From: Macrostomum lignano
Lineage: Eukaryota
DNA length: 38,941 nt
Direction: 5' to 3'
Assembly: GCA_002269645.1 (NCBI GenBank)
Contig: NIVC01004660.1
Location: 1-38,941 of the forward strand
This document shows, piece by piece, positions 36,685 to 38,941 of the stretch; within the stretch, counting starts at the first letter, position 1, and every line of letters starts with the position of its first letter. Both the position numbers and the translations under genes were made by a program. Under the pieces are notes generated by a model. It was not told the origin of the DNA. It searched no databases and worked only from the letters and a program-made list of their open reading frames with translations.

Positions 36685-36952
36685 TGAGCAAACAGTGTTA
36701 AGGGTCGCGAGAGAGAAAACTGATCCGCTAATCTTTACTTCTAGACAGGGCGTGTTTCACTTGACGCGAGCCAGGCGGTATCTGGCCTGGCTGTGGCGCT
36801 GCAATTTTTTCATGCTGTCTAGCGCAAAAAAATCTCTTTTAAACTCGCTGAACTGCGGGTGCAAGTGATTGGTGGCTAATGCGGTTGAACTCTTAAATGA
36901 ACCCATTTTTAGGCTATGAGACACTGCTGCGCCTTTGGGTTTGGTAGAGAGT

Positions 36953-37631
36953 CCTCTCCTCTCATCTCCTCTCCTCTCCTCTCATCTCCTCTCCTCTCCT
37001 CTATCTCCTCTCCTCTCTCTCCTCTCCTCTCCTCTCTCTCTCTCTCTCCTCTCCTCTCCTCTCTCTCCTCTCTCTCCTCTCCTCTCATCTCCTCTCTCTC
37101 CTCTCCTCTCCTCTCCTCTCCTCTCCTCTCTCTCCTCTCCTCTCCTCTCCTCTCCTCTCCTCCTCTCCTCTCCTCTCCTCTCCTCTCCTCTCCTCTCCTC
37201 TCTCTCCTCTCCTCTCCTCTCCTCTCTCTCCTCTCTCTCCTCTCTCTCTCTCCTCTCTCTCTCCTCTCATCTCCTCTCCTCTCATCTCCTCTCCTCTCAT
37301 CTCCTCTCCTCTCCTCTCATCTCCTCTCTCTCTCTCCTCTCCTCTCCTCTCATCTCCTCTCATCTCCTCTCCTCTCCTCTCCTCTCCTCTCTCTCCTCTC
37401 TCTCCTCTCCTCTCTCTCCTCTCCTCTCTCCTCTCTCTCTCTCTCCTCTCCTCTCCTCTCCTCTCCTCTCTCTCCTCTCCTCTCCTCTCTTCTCTCTCCT
37501 CTCCTCTCCTCTCCTCTCCTCTCCTCTCCTCTCTCTCCTCTCCTCTCCTCTCCTCTCATCTCCTCTCTTCTCCTCTCCTCTCCTCTCCTCTCTCTCCTCT
37601 CTTCTCCTCTCCTCTCCTCTCCTCTCCTCTC
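36953..37631. repeat. About 680-bp homopyrimidine tract of (CTCCT)n/(CT)n with occasional CTCAT
   Basis: Read directly. The Leu/Ser and Glu/Arg ORFs across it are artefacts. Confidence 0.99.
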
Positions 37632-37712
37632 AAACGGTGTTCTGCCCAACACCCCGTTCTGTCAAAGCGGTTTCTGATATCCTGAGTAATCGTCGCAATT
37701 TTCAGCGCGATC

Positions 37713-37929
37713 ATGGCCGACAATGAGCAGCTTCGCTATGAGCGCAACCAGAACCAGCTGGAGCGGGCCAGAAAGATGCAGGAGCGCCGACTGGCCCGGA
37801 GCACCGGCACTGTGCAGAGGAACGACGCCCGGCCGGTCAGCGGACGGCGGAGCGCCGGCCGAGAAAATGAACGGGCGCCGCTGGTGCCGGTGGCCGCAGT
37901 GAGGAGAGACGAGCCGGCGCACCAGTTTG
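37713..37929 (+). CDS. TUB: Tubby-family protein (TUB/TULP3/King tubby-like), first coding exon. The gene is incomplete and the tubby domain lies beyond the window
   Basis: MADNEQLRYERNQNQLERARKMQERRLARSTGTVQRNDARPVSGRRSAGRENERAPLV resembles, from recall, the N-termini of Drosophila Ktub (RNQK...GMVQ..D...RPMSG.RS..RE) and human TUB (KLDRQR...MVQ...RPRSRR...EEQAPLV). Acceptor ttttcAG at 37705 and donor G|GTGAGG at 37930. Confidence 0.7.
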
Positions 37930-37936
37930 GTGAGGA

Positions 37937-38293
37937 GTCTACTTCTCTCCTATTGCGTCTACTTCTCTCCTATTTGGTCTACTTCTCTCCTATCGAGTTC
38001 TACTTCTCTCTTATCGGTCTACTTCTCTCCTATTGGGTCTACTTCTCTCCTATTGGTCTACTTCTCTCCTATTGGGTCTACTTCTCTCCTATCGAGTCTA
38101 ATTCTCTCCTATTTGGTCTACTTCTCTCCTATCGAGTTCTACTTCTCTCCTATTTGATCTACTTCTCTCCTATCGAGTTCTACTTCTCTCTTATCGGGTC
38201 TACTTCTCTCCTTTTGGGTCTACTTCTCTCCTATTGGTCTACTTCTCTCCTATTGGGTCTACTTCTCTCCTATCGAGTCTAATTCTCTCCTAT
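37937..38293. repeat. 20/21-bp minisatellite (GTCTACTTCTCTCCTATTGG), about 17 copies, inside the Tubby intron
   Basis: Periodicity read directly. It begins 7 nt after the donor. Confidence 0.95.
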
Positions 38294-38295
38294 AG

Positions 38296-38455
38296 CGTCC
38301 AGGTGCCCAAGGAACATTTTTATTGAGGCCACAAAAGCGCCCGAGACAGCGGGTATCCTGTTGCACAGAAGAAACCATGCTGTGACCCCCCACCAGCCAA
38401 GCGCGGACAGGAAATGCGCAAGGACTGACTCGCTAAGGCTGAAAGCAGAGCAGGT
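38296..38455 (+). CDS. Possible next exon of the Tubby gene (tentative)
   Basis: tctcctatAG acceptor at 38295 and a GTGAGC donor at 38456 give a stop-free, in-phase 160-nt exon. I recognise no homology in it. Confidence 0.25.
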
Positions 38456-38714
38456 GTGAGCCTTATGGTGCACAACTTGAGCCTATGCGATTGCGCTTGG
38501 TTTGTAGGTACACTTCTGAATTCTCGCTCTAGGCTAACCTAAATGACCCAGGCTCTTTTCTTGTAGTCAAGCGTTGAGGGTGACTGATTAAATTAAATTA
38601 ATGCGCCATTTCTTTCTGGGAAAGCACTTTGTGGAATTTGTTAGCGGGTGCCTGAGGTACGTATCTGCGCGAGTGCTCAAGAGTCAGCGGAATTGGCATG
38701 ACTGCTCACCTGAC

Positions 38715-38897
38715 GAGAATCAGATGAGACTCAGATGAGAGTCAGATGAGAGTCAGATGAGAGTCAGATGAGAGTCAGATGAGAGTCAGATGAGAGTCAG
38801 ATAAGTCATATGAGAGTCAGATGAGAGCCAGATGAGAGTCAGATGAGAGTCAGATGAGAGCCAGATGAGAGTCAGATGAGAGTCAGATAAGAGTCAT
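38715..38897. repeat. 11-bp minisatellite (GAGTCAGATGA), about 16 copies
   Basis: GAGTCAG recurs with period 11 (38761, 38772, ...). Confidence 0.95.
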
Positions 38898-38941
38898 GTA
38901 ACGTTATTTTTATATAAGAAGTCCTTGGCCGGCTGTCCATG

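Overview
Eukaryotic (metazoan) genomic DNA, not prokaryotic: it has GT-AG introns, compact GC-rich genes and about 16% tandem repeats. The texture suggests a flatworm such as Macrostomum, but that is inference only. Seven protein-coding loci are supported: (1) an intronless secreted, probably GPI-anchored LRR protein (7149-8324 +); (2) cathepsin A / serine carboxypeptidase S10 (2 coding exons, 13677-15456 +, 508 aa); (3) an intronless nuclear hormone receptor with a non-canonical P-box CSACMN (19405-20625 +); (4) an 8-exon atypical, O2-sensor-type soluble guanylyl cyclase (27914-23411 -, 664 aa); (5) an intronless Tctex1-domain dynein light chain (29944-30498 +); (6) an intronless SLC26 transporter with an altered anion pocket (33774-31285 -); (7) the first coding exon of a Tubby/TULP gene (37713-37929 +) that runs out of the window. 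There is also a decayed non-LTR retrotransposon RNase H/CCHC fragment, a pair of short dispersed repeats and 12 unrelated mini/microsatellite arrays. There is no CRISPR array and no rRNA or tRNA that I can support. The best leads are the divergent nuclear receptor, the divergent SLC26, and a possible RFX-regulated ciliary/sensory gene neighbourhood (sGC, Tctex1D, Tubby). I do not see a clearly new multi-gene system.
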